This document shows, one piece after another, positions 37,601 through 51,600 of a DNA stretch of 64,000 bases; positions within the stretch are counted from its first letter, which is position 1; each line of letters begins with the position of its first letter. The stretch spans positions 20,035,045-20,099,044 of the forward strand of contig NC_092680.1 of the NCBI RefSeq assembly GCF_964355755.1, read 5' to 3'. Under the pieces are notes generated by a model. That model worked only from the letters and a program-made list of their open reading frames with translations. It did not search any database and had not been told where the DNA came from. The position numbers and the translations under genes are program-made. This stretch comes from Antedon mediterranea. Taxonomy: Eukaryota > Animalia > Echinodermata.

Positions 37601-40600
37601 ATGTATCTTACTTTAATGTAAAAGTGACATTTTTCGAGGAAATAACACGGCTGAACCAGCATATGATCTAAGGTATCTTTCGTTGTTTCTTGGCTTCTTA
37701 CGACTTCAACAAATGAACTTCTTTTTCTTCTAAAAATAAAGAACAAACGTATGGTAGCATGGTGGAAACGTTAAGAAAAATAATGATGACAATTCCTATG
37801 ATATGGTATGACAATTATAAAAAGATATTTTGATTTTTGTTAGTCCAAAAATGTTGTCTTTTCATCTTTTCAAATGATTACTTTTGCTAGAGTTTCTAGA
37901 ATTCTTCCCATTTCATTAAATTTTATCATTCTAACCTTAGATATGACAGGGTAAATTCTTGAAATCTTGAATAAACCGTATAATCTTTGAAACGTTTTAG
38001 ACAATCAGGGGTTACAACGTCAAGTAGGAGCTGACAAATCTGATCACCATCTAGCGGGTTGCATTTTTGCAAATCCTCCAGTAGGCTGCACAAATAGATA
38101 ACAGAAATTGTTTTTGTGAAATTTGTTCTTACTGATTGCACACCGCTCTATGCTTTTGGCCATCTACAAGAGTTATAATAGACAATAGACATCTTATAAA
38201 CACATAAAAACTATTGCAGATAATAAATATTATCATACTCATTGAGAAACTGTATGAGCTTTGGAATTCTCGCAAACAGTCTTCTATATTCTCCTTCTTG
38301 TAAAATACCATTCTGTGGGTCCAGCGCTGCATTCGTGACGTAACGACTATTGAGTGTGTTCAAGTCTTCTAAAGTTTTGCTCACGAAATCCACAAATTCA
38401 CTAAAAACCTAAAAATGTTGATGATGTTATTATACTGAATAGTAGAGACTTGTAAATATCACGCAAGAACAGCAAACGTTGTCATACTCTCATTGTCATC
38501 AGCTTTATAAAGTATAGCATTAACTGTGCAGAAAATAAATTAATAGAGTTTATCGATTACTTGAGAATACAAACTTACTTGATCTGTCTTCTGTATGCTT
38601 CTGGATCTTAAATTGTAAAAAGTTAATACTATTAGTTTCAAGAAAAATTTATAAAAACAATGCTGAATACGTATAGACTTTATAAACCTTCGAATATGCT
38701 TCAAACACACAAATTATTTAATCTGGGCGCTTTTATATTTATCGATCAAAGTAGAACTGAGTTTAGGCCTGGATACACTAAATATGAAGTATGCATTTAT
38801 TACCGAAACAAACATCACTGTAAGCATGCCAAAACGAGGTAAGACGACACAAATATTATATTTTTAAAACTGTGCATAATATAAATATCTTAGTTTCTTA
38901 CGTAAGTAAGTAAATTTATTGTCATTTTGTAAATATATAAAACACATTTACATTAAAATGAATTAACAGTACATTCTATAACTATAAAGAACAAAACAAA
39001 TGTACCATTTATTTTGCTTTTTAAATGACTACTTACCTATCAGGTGGACTACAATCTGTCTTATTTCCAGAATCTAATAAAATAACATAAATAGAGTAAT
39101 TTTAAAATTAAATTTCTTTGGATGTTAAAAACGGATTAAGAATGTCAAGTAGTTTAAAAATACAGAAGAGAAGTCCAAAGCAAATGCATTGTTAAGCACT
39201 TTCTAATTAATCAACTAACTTCCAGTTACCTGCTTTGGTTGCACAGTCGACTCTTGAAGTTACATTAGGTTTCTTTTTATCTTTTCGAAATGGTACTTTA
39301 GTACGTTTTTCAGGATTTTTTAATGTCTTCTGTTCTGGTAGAGTTTTGACATCAAAGGTAGCAGATTTCATAAAAACATAGGGATCCTCATATAAACCCT
39401 CATCTGCGGTAACACTATAATAAAAGAAATATGTTTTTAAACTTGGCTTTTAAACTTTTAACTCTTTGATTGGGACAACATTTTGTAATAAATAAATATG
39501 TATGCCTACCAAAGTACAATTAAACTAGACATCAACTTGATCAATTTAAGATTAGCAGCTCAAACGTGGTTCTGGCAATTTTAATTTCTAATTAATTTAC
39601 CATTTCAGTTTTTGCTGTTATAAAACCGGTACTGCAATATACATGCAAGTGTTAAAAGCAGATCTTTGTTCTTAAATGACAAATAAATTTTAAAAAACGT
39701 GACGTGGTGACACTGATGAATTTAAGACACACACACACACACACATCTTCCAATGATGTTGTATCTAGCATTTGTAAAATAGTGCTAAATTTGCGTACAA
39801 ATCTTTGGGAAAACTTGTTGACATAATATCAGTTTCTTGTTTCATGAAATAGTTTTCACATACCATTTTGCCTGATCCTGGATCTCTGAATTTGATTTTT
39901 CAATCATAGTCATTCCATACAGAATTTTCTCTGAATAATTGGAACGTTGTAGGTCTGTCTTATTATGTGTTGGTAATTCAAAATTTACTCCCTGAAACAA
40001 ATATGAAAAATCTTATAATATTTTTTTTTGGTTGCTGAAATCATGCACACATGCATAGTAGCAATATAGTTTATATTTACTTACCTTACTCTGATTGACT
40101 TCTGTACTTCGGCTTCTAAGTAAACGCCGTCTGTAAGAAATTACACCTCCAAACCTTTGACCTAGAACAGTCTTTCGTTTTGAAAATTCTTCATCTCCGA
40201 TTCCACCCGAAGTCCTGCAAAACCGGAAAATTAGTTTTAAGAAGATTATAATAAGTTACGCATGCGTATTTTTATTTGCTATAATAATATTGTGAATACG
40301 ATTTTTGTTTGTGTTTGATATGGTAAGTTATTCTTCCTCGGTCACCTTTGCCTCATTTGAATACACGGTCACACTAGACTGCACAACCATGCCATCATAG
40401 TCAATTGACGTGACTATCCCAACCAAAATGTTTGGTCGAGTGGTAAAGGGTTTACTCTATGACACTGGAACCCTGGGTTCGAGGTCTATCAATAGCGTGT
40501 TTTTTTTTTATAGTTGAGAGAGATTATTTAGAGGGTTAGGTTAAGTACATTTAGGAAGGTAAACTCTTCTTCTGTCTAGGCAAATGTGATCGAGGAAGAA

Positions 40601-43600
40601 GAGATTACCGTTTGATATGACCAAGTGGCTTTGTATATATCTTCTTTGGTATCACGTCCTTTGCCTCTTTAAAATCTTTCAATATTTTTTGGTTTAGCAT
40701 TTAAATTACAGTTAAATAATTCAAGATTGTTCAAACTATGTTCTAGTTAAAGCCATACATTTACAATAACAATATAATAATTGATCGAGCCAATGTACAT
40801 ATATATTATTTTATATATTATTTTATATTTTTTACAATTTTCAACATGCAAATAATGGCACGGCGGAATCGCTGTCTAATTCAAAGACTTGAATAAATAA
40901 TACCTCAACCTTTTTTTCTTTTGTGAGTTAAGTTCTCGTTCCTTCTTTATTTCTTCTCTTCTATCTCGCTTCAAACGTACTGATTTTGTGTAATCATTTT
41001 CCAATTGTTCCCCCTTTTCTCTTGGAAACCAACCGAATTTATTGTCGTGTAATCTGACCACATGACACATAGCTGTATAAGAAAGAATACCAAAATGTAC
41101 TATATATTCTTTTCATTTTGCATAAAAAAGAATAGATTAAATTAAAAATCATCATCTATCTTTTTATTTATTATAGTATTTAATTTAACCATGCTTTCAT
41201 CAATTAAATAATAACGACGGTTGAATTAGACTAAATATTAAGTAATTTTTGTCACCTCTGTCATCAGTTTCTTCAATCACATCAACTTCATCTTCAGGAG
41301 TAAACGTGACGCCAGTTAATTTGTCAGTATACTGCTGACGTATCACATATTTGGGTCTACCTGTATAATTATAATGTATGCATGTATTTATGTTTCTGAA
41401 TAAAAAGGTAAAGATGATACATACACATGTACATACACATAACAATCACCTTGACATTGATTAATTAACACACTCTTTTCTTATACCTATGTCGATATTA
41501 TAGAAACGATGAATTGCGAAATTGAAATTAATTTTTGTTAAAAAAAAAAATAAAATAAATATTTGCTACTTACTCCATGTTTCATAGATACCATGTTCTG
41601 GAATTAGTATAGCCTTTTTCCATTCTGCCAACAATGAACTAGACAAATTAAATTGTATTGCGATTAATAAAGCTACTGTAGTTTAATTGGGCAGTTAACC
41701 AAGCACAGTCAATTTCAAGGCTCTCCGATCCGAGACAAGTTAGTTTTGTTCTATTTAAGGCCCTATACAACTTTTAAAGATGCTTCTTTGCACGTATGAC
41801 AGAAGTGGAATGTACGATAGAGTAGGCACCTCTTAACAGGCGCTTACTGAGATCGTTTATTCAGAAAATGCATCTTGTAAAACTGTTTTTGCTTACGTGT
41901 GTGTTACTTCATTTCCAATAAGAGCTAATATGTATCTGTTAGTTGAATAGTGATTCTTAGATTGTCCAGCAAGTTGGTAGAAGTACAGTACAAACGTATG
42001 AGGATGTGGAGACGCTTTCTTTGGTAGTTGTTCGAAATCAACGTAGTTTCTGTTACAGCATTCCAGTAACTGGTATGATGTGCTTTTACTTTAATTTTGA
42101 ATAAACAAGATATTAATTAAACATTGGATGGATTAGATATTACAAGTAGTTTCATGTTGTACAATTAATTTTTTCAAAAATAATAATGCATCATAAAAAT
42201 CATTCTGTTTTCTGGATATTGAACTATAACATACATAATTGAATCTACATATTTTGTTTTAATAAATTTTTCAATAATTTAAAATAATAGATTTCAATAG
42301 TTACTCTTTCTTGTTTTCTTCCATTGTTGTCAAAAGAACGAGTTTTTCGAATACCACCAAGTAAACTTTGCTGCCAGAATAATCACTTCTTCCATATTCG
42401 GATTTTTTCGGCATATTTACGTTCAAAAGAATCCCTTGCATCTTTGCATATTCTTCAGTCAGTATGTGGAAAGCCTACACACGACAATACAATAACACTT
42501 ATAATCTAGTAAATATTCTATTACTCTAAAGAGGTGTTTGAGGAATGTGAATATGGCTTCAAAATACCACATTTGTATAAATGAAGATGTGGGTCTACAA
42601 AGACTTTGTAGATATGTAATTCAGAGAGCAACTTAATATTAATAGTAAATATATGTAAAATTAAAATAACAACTTTACGTTATTTCCATTTGAATACACA
42701 TACAGAAACCTAACTATACTAGATGTAATACTTATGACATATGGTAATAGTAAAATAATTAAGTATAATTATCAATTCTTATCTAGTTCAAGTATATTAG
42801 CTAAGGCTGCCTATTAAATAATAATATGATTTAACATTACTTCTTGACAAATGAGTCCATGTTCGTTCTTTGGAAATTCTATCCGTCTAACGATTGTTGA
42901 TGAATGATTGGCAATACTCTTAGCTTTCTTCTTGTAATCGGCAATCAATCTTGCTTGTGTGTTCTCCAACAGCTTGTGCGTTTCGTGTGCTATCTGGCTC
43001 ACAGTGTTACCCCGGTAATTGACTGTTGCGTCTTTTAATTTCTTTTATAAAATAGAAATGTTTTATATTTTTTGGATGGAAAGAAACAATAATAAATGTC
43101 TCAAATAGTTACAAAAGTCTACTGATAGATTGGTGTTCGTATCAAAGACTAGTATTCCAAAGTTTTTATTTGTTATTATGTATAGGCTATGTATATGTCT
43201 AGTAATTAAATCAATTCAATTAAAACTTTATTATCCACATGGGGAAACTCTGTTGGCCTTTTATTGATATACAGTACATACAACTGATACATTTGTTTAT
43301 GGATACCGCTTTGATCTTAAAGAACAACGCTTAAATCCATATTGAACTACATAATTATTACCAACCTGAAGATGACGCGCTAGTATGGCGCACCAATTAT
43401 TTGGTTCTTTACATCGTTCTTCCAGATCCCTAAATGAATATTCCTGAGTTGACTGTGACAACCTTTGAAATAGCATATGGCAGTCAGGATGGTGTTGCCT
43501 TTAAGAAAAGTAAAAGGCAATGACTTATAAGTACGCAAGAAAATACTAAGCAATTAGTTTGCCCTCTAACAATATCAATATTTTTGCATCACACTAAACA

Positions 43601-46600
43601 AATGTTCAAAGAATTACTGTACTGGACTGTGGATATCGATTATTAGAATTACTGTACTGGACTGTGGATATCGATTATTAGAATTACGTACTGGACTGTG
43701 GATATCGATTATTAGAATTACATATTACTCTATTTAAAAAGTCGTTCATTTTAAAACCATTTCCAATTATAGAAAACTATACTGAATTTTGTTCTGTTCT
43801 GTCTTGTTCATCATAATTATAAAAGGCAACATGATTTTACTTCAAAATAGATTATTACTCCATCATGGGTATTTAGTTTCGAAGTTATTGAGGATAACAA
43901 TTTAATGTAAAAATATGTATGAAATAACATAAACTGGTATGCGAGATATAATTGTGAAAACCAAAATAGTCTTACTTTACGAATGTAAGCAGATTCTTTC
44001 GAATATCTTGATGCAGATAGTAAGACTCAAAACATTCAAAAAAACGCTCCTGAAGCCAGTATTTCAACAACTTATATACTTCAACAACATCTTGAACCGC
44101 ATACTTTAAATTCTCTATGAAGCTACAAACGAAATATATCATTAACAATAGAAAAAAAAGTTACAAATTGATATTATTAATAACACTATTGCTAGCAAAT
44201 GTACATTTAACAAATCAGTATTTAGTACTCAACCATAAAAATGGTTGAAATGCAATAGTCTTTCATGAATAATGGACTTTTAAAAATCTTATTTATAGAG
44301 AGAAATCAAGTAAAGAAAATCAAGCTCAATCTGTTTTGTATAGCAATACAAATATAATATTCTGTTAAAGATAATAATTATAGTTGATGTATTATTAAAA
44401 ATAATAATAATAATAATACCATTATCGTACCTATGTAGAGTTTCTTCAATTTCATCCAAGTGATAAAACAATTTTAACTCCCCGGCTGAGAATATGCTAT
44501 GCTTCAATATATTCTTTTCGTACATATCTCGTGTTTCTTTAACATGTTTGTGAATCCACGTCACTTGACTAAATAAATCTGCACATTCCTTTAAAAAAAA
44601 TGCAAATGTCAAATTTGGTTTAACGAGTTGTTGAAAACATAATATAGATTAATTGAACTGCCTTTAAGGGGTTTTTTTCAGAACATTGTAACCAATATTT
44701 AAATGATTTGTGCAGGATTTGTGTAAGATTTGTGTGTAAAATCATTAAAACAATATTCAACAAACTTTATAAATCGAATCAAGTATTATATAATGATACA
44801 ATGAGTCATGCGAAGATTTGAATATTCAATAGGCCAGTTTGGGCTACTAAGGTCAGCAGTGCCATTTGATATTCTATTCTACAGATGCTGAAAAAAATGA
44901 AAGAAACGACTACAAATACATTTCTACCTAATCACAATAGGTTATAGCTTACTTGTATGCAGCTAGGGTCTCTATCTATAGGTCTACATGTTACTGAAAA
45001 ATCCTCTTCTGTGTTTGTTTCAATTGTATAATGCACGGAAGTGGTGCCCGTTTCTTCAGACGCCGATATGTCATCACTATCTAACTCTTCCTCCTCCTCC
45101 ACTTCTGTATTATATTGCACCATATCCGACGCTTCTTTATATGTATTCTGCAATGACCAATCCGGCTCCTGTTTCCGCCAGTTTGTTGGTTCGGGATTTG
45201 ACATTTCAGTCAGTCTAAGGAGGCCTGCATCTTCTAACTTATTTTGAAGTTGCAAGTTTAAAGATGTACTCTAGACAGAAATTCATATTATTTTGTATTA
45301 TTGTTAAATATCTCTCAACTATTAAAAATCACCATCCATTAGTCTTTGTGAAAATATGTTCGCTATAATGAAATATCTTGGAATGCAGTGAAAAGGTAGA
45401 CTAAACAATAATTGCAATTTTTGAAATTTTACTTAAAAAAAAATTATTATTTCTATCTTTCTACTTAACGTTATTCAATATTGAGCGAATATTAAATTGA
45501 AATTGATGGAATTGATTAGCCAAACAAAATCGTAAGATCACCGTACTAAATGTTAACGGAATGATCAAATAATTTTAGGTTAACTTTTAGGTTAACTTTT
45601 ACGAGCACGCTACACGGGGATTCACTGCAGCTTTTAGAATAGTATTTTAACATTGAAGAAACAAATTATTTACCTTTCTTAACAAATGCAGCGGTTTCGT
45701 TTGGATGTCGATTGGTCTGAAATCATATTATAAGGTAAAATTAAAATAATATAATAAATTGTTGAACTTTGTAATATTATTTATGAAGTAAACTTTGTTA
45801 AAAACATATTCATACCTTTTTATAGAGGGCCTTGTGGGAGCTGCTGGGGATTATGAAAAATGAAATTAAAATATTATTAAAGATTATGTACCATAGATAT
45901 TTACAAATATTACAAATAAATATCTTATTTTGCAATCAGAAATTTTAGTTAATTGAGGATATATATAATATATTCAAATAAAAGAATAAATAGAGGAAGT
46001 TAGAGTTAGAACCAAAGTAGCCCATTGTGCCGAAATTCTGAACAAATAGAGCTGAGTATTTTGACAATTGAGAATATACAGTACGTGCTATAAGCTCTAG
46101 CCCTCTGGCGCTATTAGCAAACAATGTACTGAATTACCCACAGCATTGAATAGGTATAGAAACTTAGAACTAGGCTAAATTCTATTTTGCCATTTAAAAA
46201 CTCTGGACAATAACATACTGTTTAAATTGAGGAAGTATCTTTCAAAAATTGAGAGAAACGTGTTCTTGTCTATTGAGCTCTTTGTACTCTAGCCTCGTAC
46301 ATCCGGGTAACAAACCATCCCTTTGATCACCCCCAACCATCTACAGGTTTGACGTTCTGGCTTCTATATAAATTAACTTAAATTAGCAACAGAGCCCACC
46401 TATTTATTGGAACAATATTATGTCAATGTCACCCGTCCATACTGTTTAAATATAAGGCATTATAGAGTTAAGCATAAAGCTTCTATGATTTTATTTAATC
46501 ACCTTGATACAAAATTAGAAATAAACTGAAATCAAACATTTCTTTTGTTTACTGCGATGTACTGTACATACGACTTATTTCATAAGACATCATTTTAGTT

Positions 46601-47312
46601 CAATTAAGGCACTAACGCAACGTAACGCAGCGACGTATTGACGAAAAGTGTTTTAGGCCTATTGCGTAATCACAAGTGGGAACCTACGATCGACGCAACA
46701 TTGCTGCTGCAAAAACACATCAACGCAAAAGAACACTGGAAAACATAGTACAGCGCGTACTCAAAGTACGCGGGGTGAACTAGGTCATCAAAGTCTACGG
46801 CATGCTAACGTTGATGCGCAACAATCATGTTTGATTTCACGCAGGCGGGGGAAAACACAATTATTGAAAGGGCATTTTGCTTATGTTGCGCGTAGGTTGC
46901 GTTGCGTCGCTAGTGGAAACCACGCTTCAACGGTAAGTTGTTCTAGTGTACTACAATATTTACTTTAAAAAGAGTAAAACTTACTTATTGTTTGGTTTTC
47001 ATAATCCGGCCTTTTTGATTTTATCTGAGTATATTGCTGACATTCATCTATCGGCGAAAAACCTAGGCCTGTATCAAAATTACTATCAGAACTTCTTCTA
47101 TAAAGTGGCGTGATTTTACCATATTGTTTGTTTATTTTCAAAATGTCTCGGCCTACGTTTATGTTACTTCCAGAATTTCGTCTAGGCTGTTCACCATAAT
47201 GACCACCTTCGAACGGCAAAACATTTGGTAGACCTGCAACTTGGAAATGACTTTCAGATCTTGCACGAGCCCGTGGTTTTGGTGGAACAGCGGGTGGTAG
47301 CCCGCTTGCCAT
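34625..47312 (-). CDS. Gene C: paralog with (DH-PH-SH3)x2
   Basis: Exon 1 MASGLPPAVPPKPR...YTQIKSKRPDYENQT (about 46988-47312), micro-exons about 45816-45843 and 45674-45716, exon 4 44953-45249 (acceptor AG changed to AA), cassette 1 about 40909-44589, linker about 38579-40214, cassette 2 about 34625-38408, ending GWVRAINLTDSKQGWIPNECLGESIPSTDYTVNG*. The exons I translated were open and in phase. Confidence 0.8.
40322..40609. mobile_element. MITE with about 32-bp TIRs and a 9-bp TSD, containing a tRNA-like Pol III promoter
   Basis: GTTTGATAT at 40313-40321 and 40610-40618. TIRs GGTAAGTTATTCTTCCTCGGTCACCTTTGCCT / AGGCAAATGTGATCGAGGAAGAAGAGATTACC. Internal A box TGGTCGAGTGG and B box GGTTCGAG. 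Confidence 0.8.
43611..43721. repeat. 35-nt minisatellite, about 3 copies, intronic
   Basis: GAATTACTGTACTGGACTGTGGATATCGATTATTA three times; the third copy lacks 1 nt. Confidence 0.95.
46609..46928. mobile_element. MITE-like element with (ACGCA)n sub-terminal inverted repeats, in gene C intron 1
   Basis: CACTAACGCAACGTAACGCA ... TTGCGTTGCGTCGCTAGTG; GC-rich relative to the flanks. Confidence 0.55.
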
Positions 47313-48632
47313 GGCGTGTACTCAGAGAACTACTGATTTTTGTATAGAAAAATACATATTTAAATCGTTTAAACTATTTCCCTTCCTTTTGGAAATTTCA
47401 ATGACAACATTTTCTATATTTGACTATGGTATGAGAGTTTAAGTGTGATTTTTTCTGCAACGCTTCATTGAGTTTCTATGCAGTACTAACAAACGAAAGA
47501 TCAAATGGTCTTTTATATTATAGGTAACACTACTCGTTTCAATTGTAATTTTATATAACAAACTTCTGTTATATTGAAACCCACATGTACAAATAGTCAA
47601 ACGTTTATTATCTTTATTGATCTCTCAATCCACAACCCCACTTATTGTTAACAATTACAATAACAGTGTTTAAATTATGATAATGAACAATGAATGAACA
47701 AGCTTGCTAAGGAAACGAATGAATCAAAATAAAAATTTAACATTTGTTGTACAATTTTACCATTTTTATATTCTTTAAATTAAAGTGAAGTGACTAAATC
47801 GAGGCTGGACTAAATGATATCAGAGGTCTATCTGTAAATATTGGATACATTCTATCATTTCTAAATAAAAAAATTAAGTAAATCATTTTTACATGATCTT
47901 GTTATTCTCACACAATTTCAAAATTATTTTGTAAAATTCGCCTAGCCTGTCTTATATAAAATTCTATTCAACTTTTTTAATTGATCTTATTTGTGTCTAA
48001 ATACTTTAGACTACTTTTAGTTTTACTTCCTCAAATATACAATAAACATGTTAGTTCGTTTGATGGATACACATCCTGCATTAAAAACACAAAGAAGAAA
48101 TATGTGTGTGGGATAGCTAAACAGCTCTTTTATTTGTAGGTTAGTACTAATAGGAGAAACGAAAAATTCCCAAATAAACGATCAAACCCCAACATATAAC
48201 TACACACAATAATGTGTCTGAATGGAAATAATTGTCAATACTATACCAGAAATCAAAAACACTTATTGTTGAGTACACAACCTTAATGAATCAAGAAGTG
48301 ATACTTATACTCTGAAATATTTCAGACTATGAGAAGACAATACGTCGACACAGTAACAGACCAAGTTAATTATACAACTAATAAATATTCCATATCAAAA
48401 ATAATTATTCATAAAGTAAAATTAGTATAATTTATATGTAAACTCAAGATCATGATAGTTAACAATTAACGATTATCAATCCAATCTCGATTGAAGAAAT
48501 GTTGAGCATAAGTATTTGGGATCAGACAATAAAAGTGTAGTTGAATTCTCTGCAATTACATGAGTTTTGTTGTGACTTGCCGCCTCACAGCTCGTTAGTT
48601 TATGATAATTTATTTTTATTTTGTTGGTAGTT

Positions 48633-51600
48633 TTACTTCTTTCGATCATGTTTGTTTCCTTTTTTATCTTTTCGAATAATAACCGAATGGTGTGTATGCC
48701 CATCGTTCCTGATGCGTCGCTGCTGTCTGATGTTCATGCCTCGAGTGAACATACTCGGTATCAAATCACCGAGGCAAGATTTTGGAATCCACCCTTGATT
48801 ATTGTTACCAAGATGTACAGCTCTTACCCAACCTATCAACATAATGTTATGAATATGTAAATGTGTGTTGTATGAATACGGACACCGATATTATCAAATG
48901 TTGTTCCTCTCTTCAGTAAATCTCGAAAAAAAACTTTCATAATAACGTTTAAATTACTACTACTTCGTAGTAATGACATTTTTAACGAGACAATTCTACA
49001 TACCATCTGCCTTTTCAGTTATTTCTACCTCATCGCCAAGATTCACTCTCAATTCACCTCTCTCGGTTCCAAGGAAATGTTCCACAATCTTATACTTTGG
49101 TCGGCCTATTGGGGATTATAATGAAATGAGCTGTTATTGGCATAAACTATTGCTGTGTAGATATGCCTTTGTCGTGTTGCAATTAAATATCTCTGGACGA
49201 GTCGTTTCTGGTATTGAATTGGATCTTATTTATCTACTAAAATTATTTGCGGTAAGGCATAGAGAAACTAACGTATTTCTCAATAGGTGAAGCTACATCA
49301 ATTAAAAGCTAATTATATCGTTATCAGCTATTATACAATATGAAGCATTTAAAATCATAGGATTTGACAAGTCTTAATTAGGTATTACTTACTCCAAGAG
49401 GCATACTGTTCTCCACTGTCGCCCGATGGTACCGTTAAATGTTTTCGCCAGATTTCGAAACTTCTAAATTAAAATAATAAGTTGTAAACATCAACTTCAT
49501 AGGCCTACTATTTGCCTGTACTTTAAACTAGCTCAGCACACACGGTAAGTCATCAACAGGACAAAGAATATCGGCACAACTTCACATCTTAGAGAAAAAA
49601 AACGATAACATCTCCGACAACTACTAACATTTCTCTGTCGAAACAACGCTGGGACGTTCCATCGAGCAGGCTGGGACATCGAAAGCGATTGAGTTCGCTG
49701 TAGGAGTCCCCGGGCCTAGCATGTATGTGGTATGTGTTATTGTTTGTATTGACGTAGCCTATTCAATATAATGCTTCACCTGATATGTTAATTCGCACGA
49801 ATACCAGTGAACAATAGTGCAATTCAATGCAGCGTCACGGATTTTATAAACTCACGTGGTACATTACATAATGCGCCACCAATAATGCTTTGATAAAAGT
49901 TACTTCGGTAAACTTTGCGTGCTTTTGTTTAAGAAAACTTTCAAGAAAATGAGCCTCTAATCACCGCGTTTTACGAAAGACGCTTTGATCATGATTATTC
50001 AACTTTACCATTAAACCTTTTGAAAATTCAGATTTGTTTTACTAATGATTCTGACCTCTGAATTTAACTAGAGGATTTGGGTAATTAAAACAAATGCAAC
50101 TGAATAAAGTTAGAAAAAAAATAAAATAATGATCTAAATTAAACGGAATTGTAGAAATATATTTACATAAGTTATATCACAACTCAAACAAACCTTTTTT
50201 GCGAAGGCTCCCAACACACATAGTACAACCTTCTCTCAGGACACGTGTCATTGTGCATAACAATCAAAAACACATTCATTGTCAAACCTTTTCTCGTTGG
50301 TATTTTAAACGGATAGGTATCGCTGGATGGCTTCTCAACTTCAACAAAATTCTTGTTGGCACAGTCGATCAGCTTATAATAAACACTGAAAAATAATATA
50401 ATGTTACATTATTGAACGTGTTTTACTACCATGGTTATATAATCTTTAAAATAATATAATTATATGATTTACTAACATAACCATAGATTGCCAAACGACC
50501 AACAAATTTTATTAACTGATTTAGTGCAATGTGCTCACCCATTTTGCCCGTCTGATTTGTGTTGCTTTTCGTTTATCACCATCACCACTCGTTCGAATAT
50601 TACCAACTTCACATTTGATCCTGCTTTCTTCCAGTCCTTACCATCTGATTTTTTGCATGAAAAGACTATGACGTCATTCCAACTTTCAACCCAACTCTCA
50701 TTGCTAATTTGTATCTCCTTTGGATTAAATTATTATTGAATTGAATTTAAACACAGTGCATATTAGGAACGTGTTTATAACTGATTTGATTCATTTCAGC
50801 AGCAGCACTACAACAGAGAGACGATGTTTATTTGTATAACGCTAGTATGGTAGTATGACTAAACTATGAAGCTGTGACAAGGATATTAGTAAAAAATCTA
50901 CATGGGGATGCAAGAAAGAGACTAGAGTTTTACATTTTTTTTAAAAGCTGGAAAACAATTAAATAGCCTTTAGATTTTGATAAAATATATGTTATTTTAA
51001 CACCTAACCCCCACTGTATACTTCCATATTTATCTACTCTACCTCTGATGAGATCACACTGTCACTGTGTCGAAAATGCATTCGAAGCAGAATCTTTGAA
51101 ACATGTCTTTCTTCTCTCTCTTGTAATTTATTATCTTGTTCTTCGCATTCATTTACAATGGCATTCATGTTTTGAGTGAGGTCATGAGCAAGTCGTACTA
51201 CATTTGCTTCCGGGTTATTTGTTTTCTTAATTATTCCTTGTAGTCTCTGAAACATAATCATTATTTTAAAACTATGAATGCACAAGTATTGTGAATTAAC
51301 ATCAGTCTCTGCTTGTTAGGAAAGTTCACGTGGTTAGAAATAAATTTGAATCGGAAACCCGTCTTACTTTAATGTACAGGTTTAATTGCTGAAGAAAATA
51401 ACAGGGTTGCTTCAATAGACCATCTAAAGTATGATGACGACATGCAGACGAACAAATATCAACCGTCTTTTCTTGACTTTTTACAATTTGGTTAAAAGCA
51501 ATTCTTCGTTTCCTAAAAGACATAAAAGTCAGCAAAAGTTTTCAGTACAATAATCATTTAGAAGTAGAAACGGCCATAAGTTACAACAATCATGGAATTT

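Noticed and set aside
43611-43721. CRISPR-like array
   Set aside because: Contiguous repeats without spacers, in eukaryotic intron context, and no cas genes.
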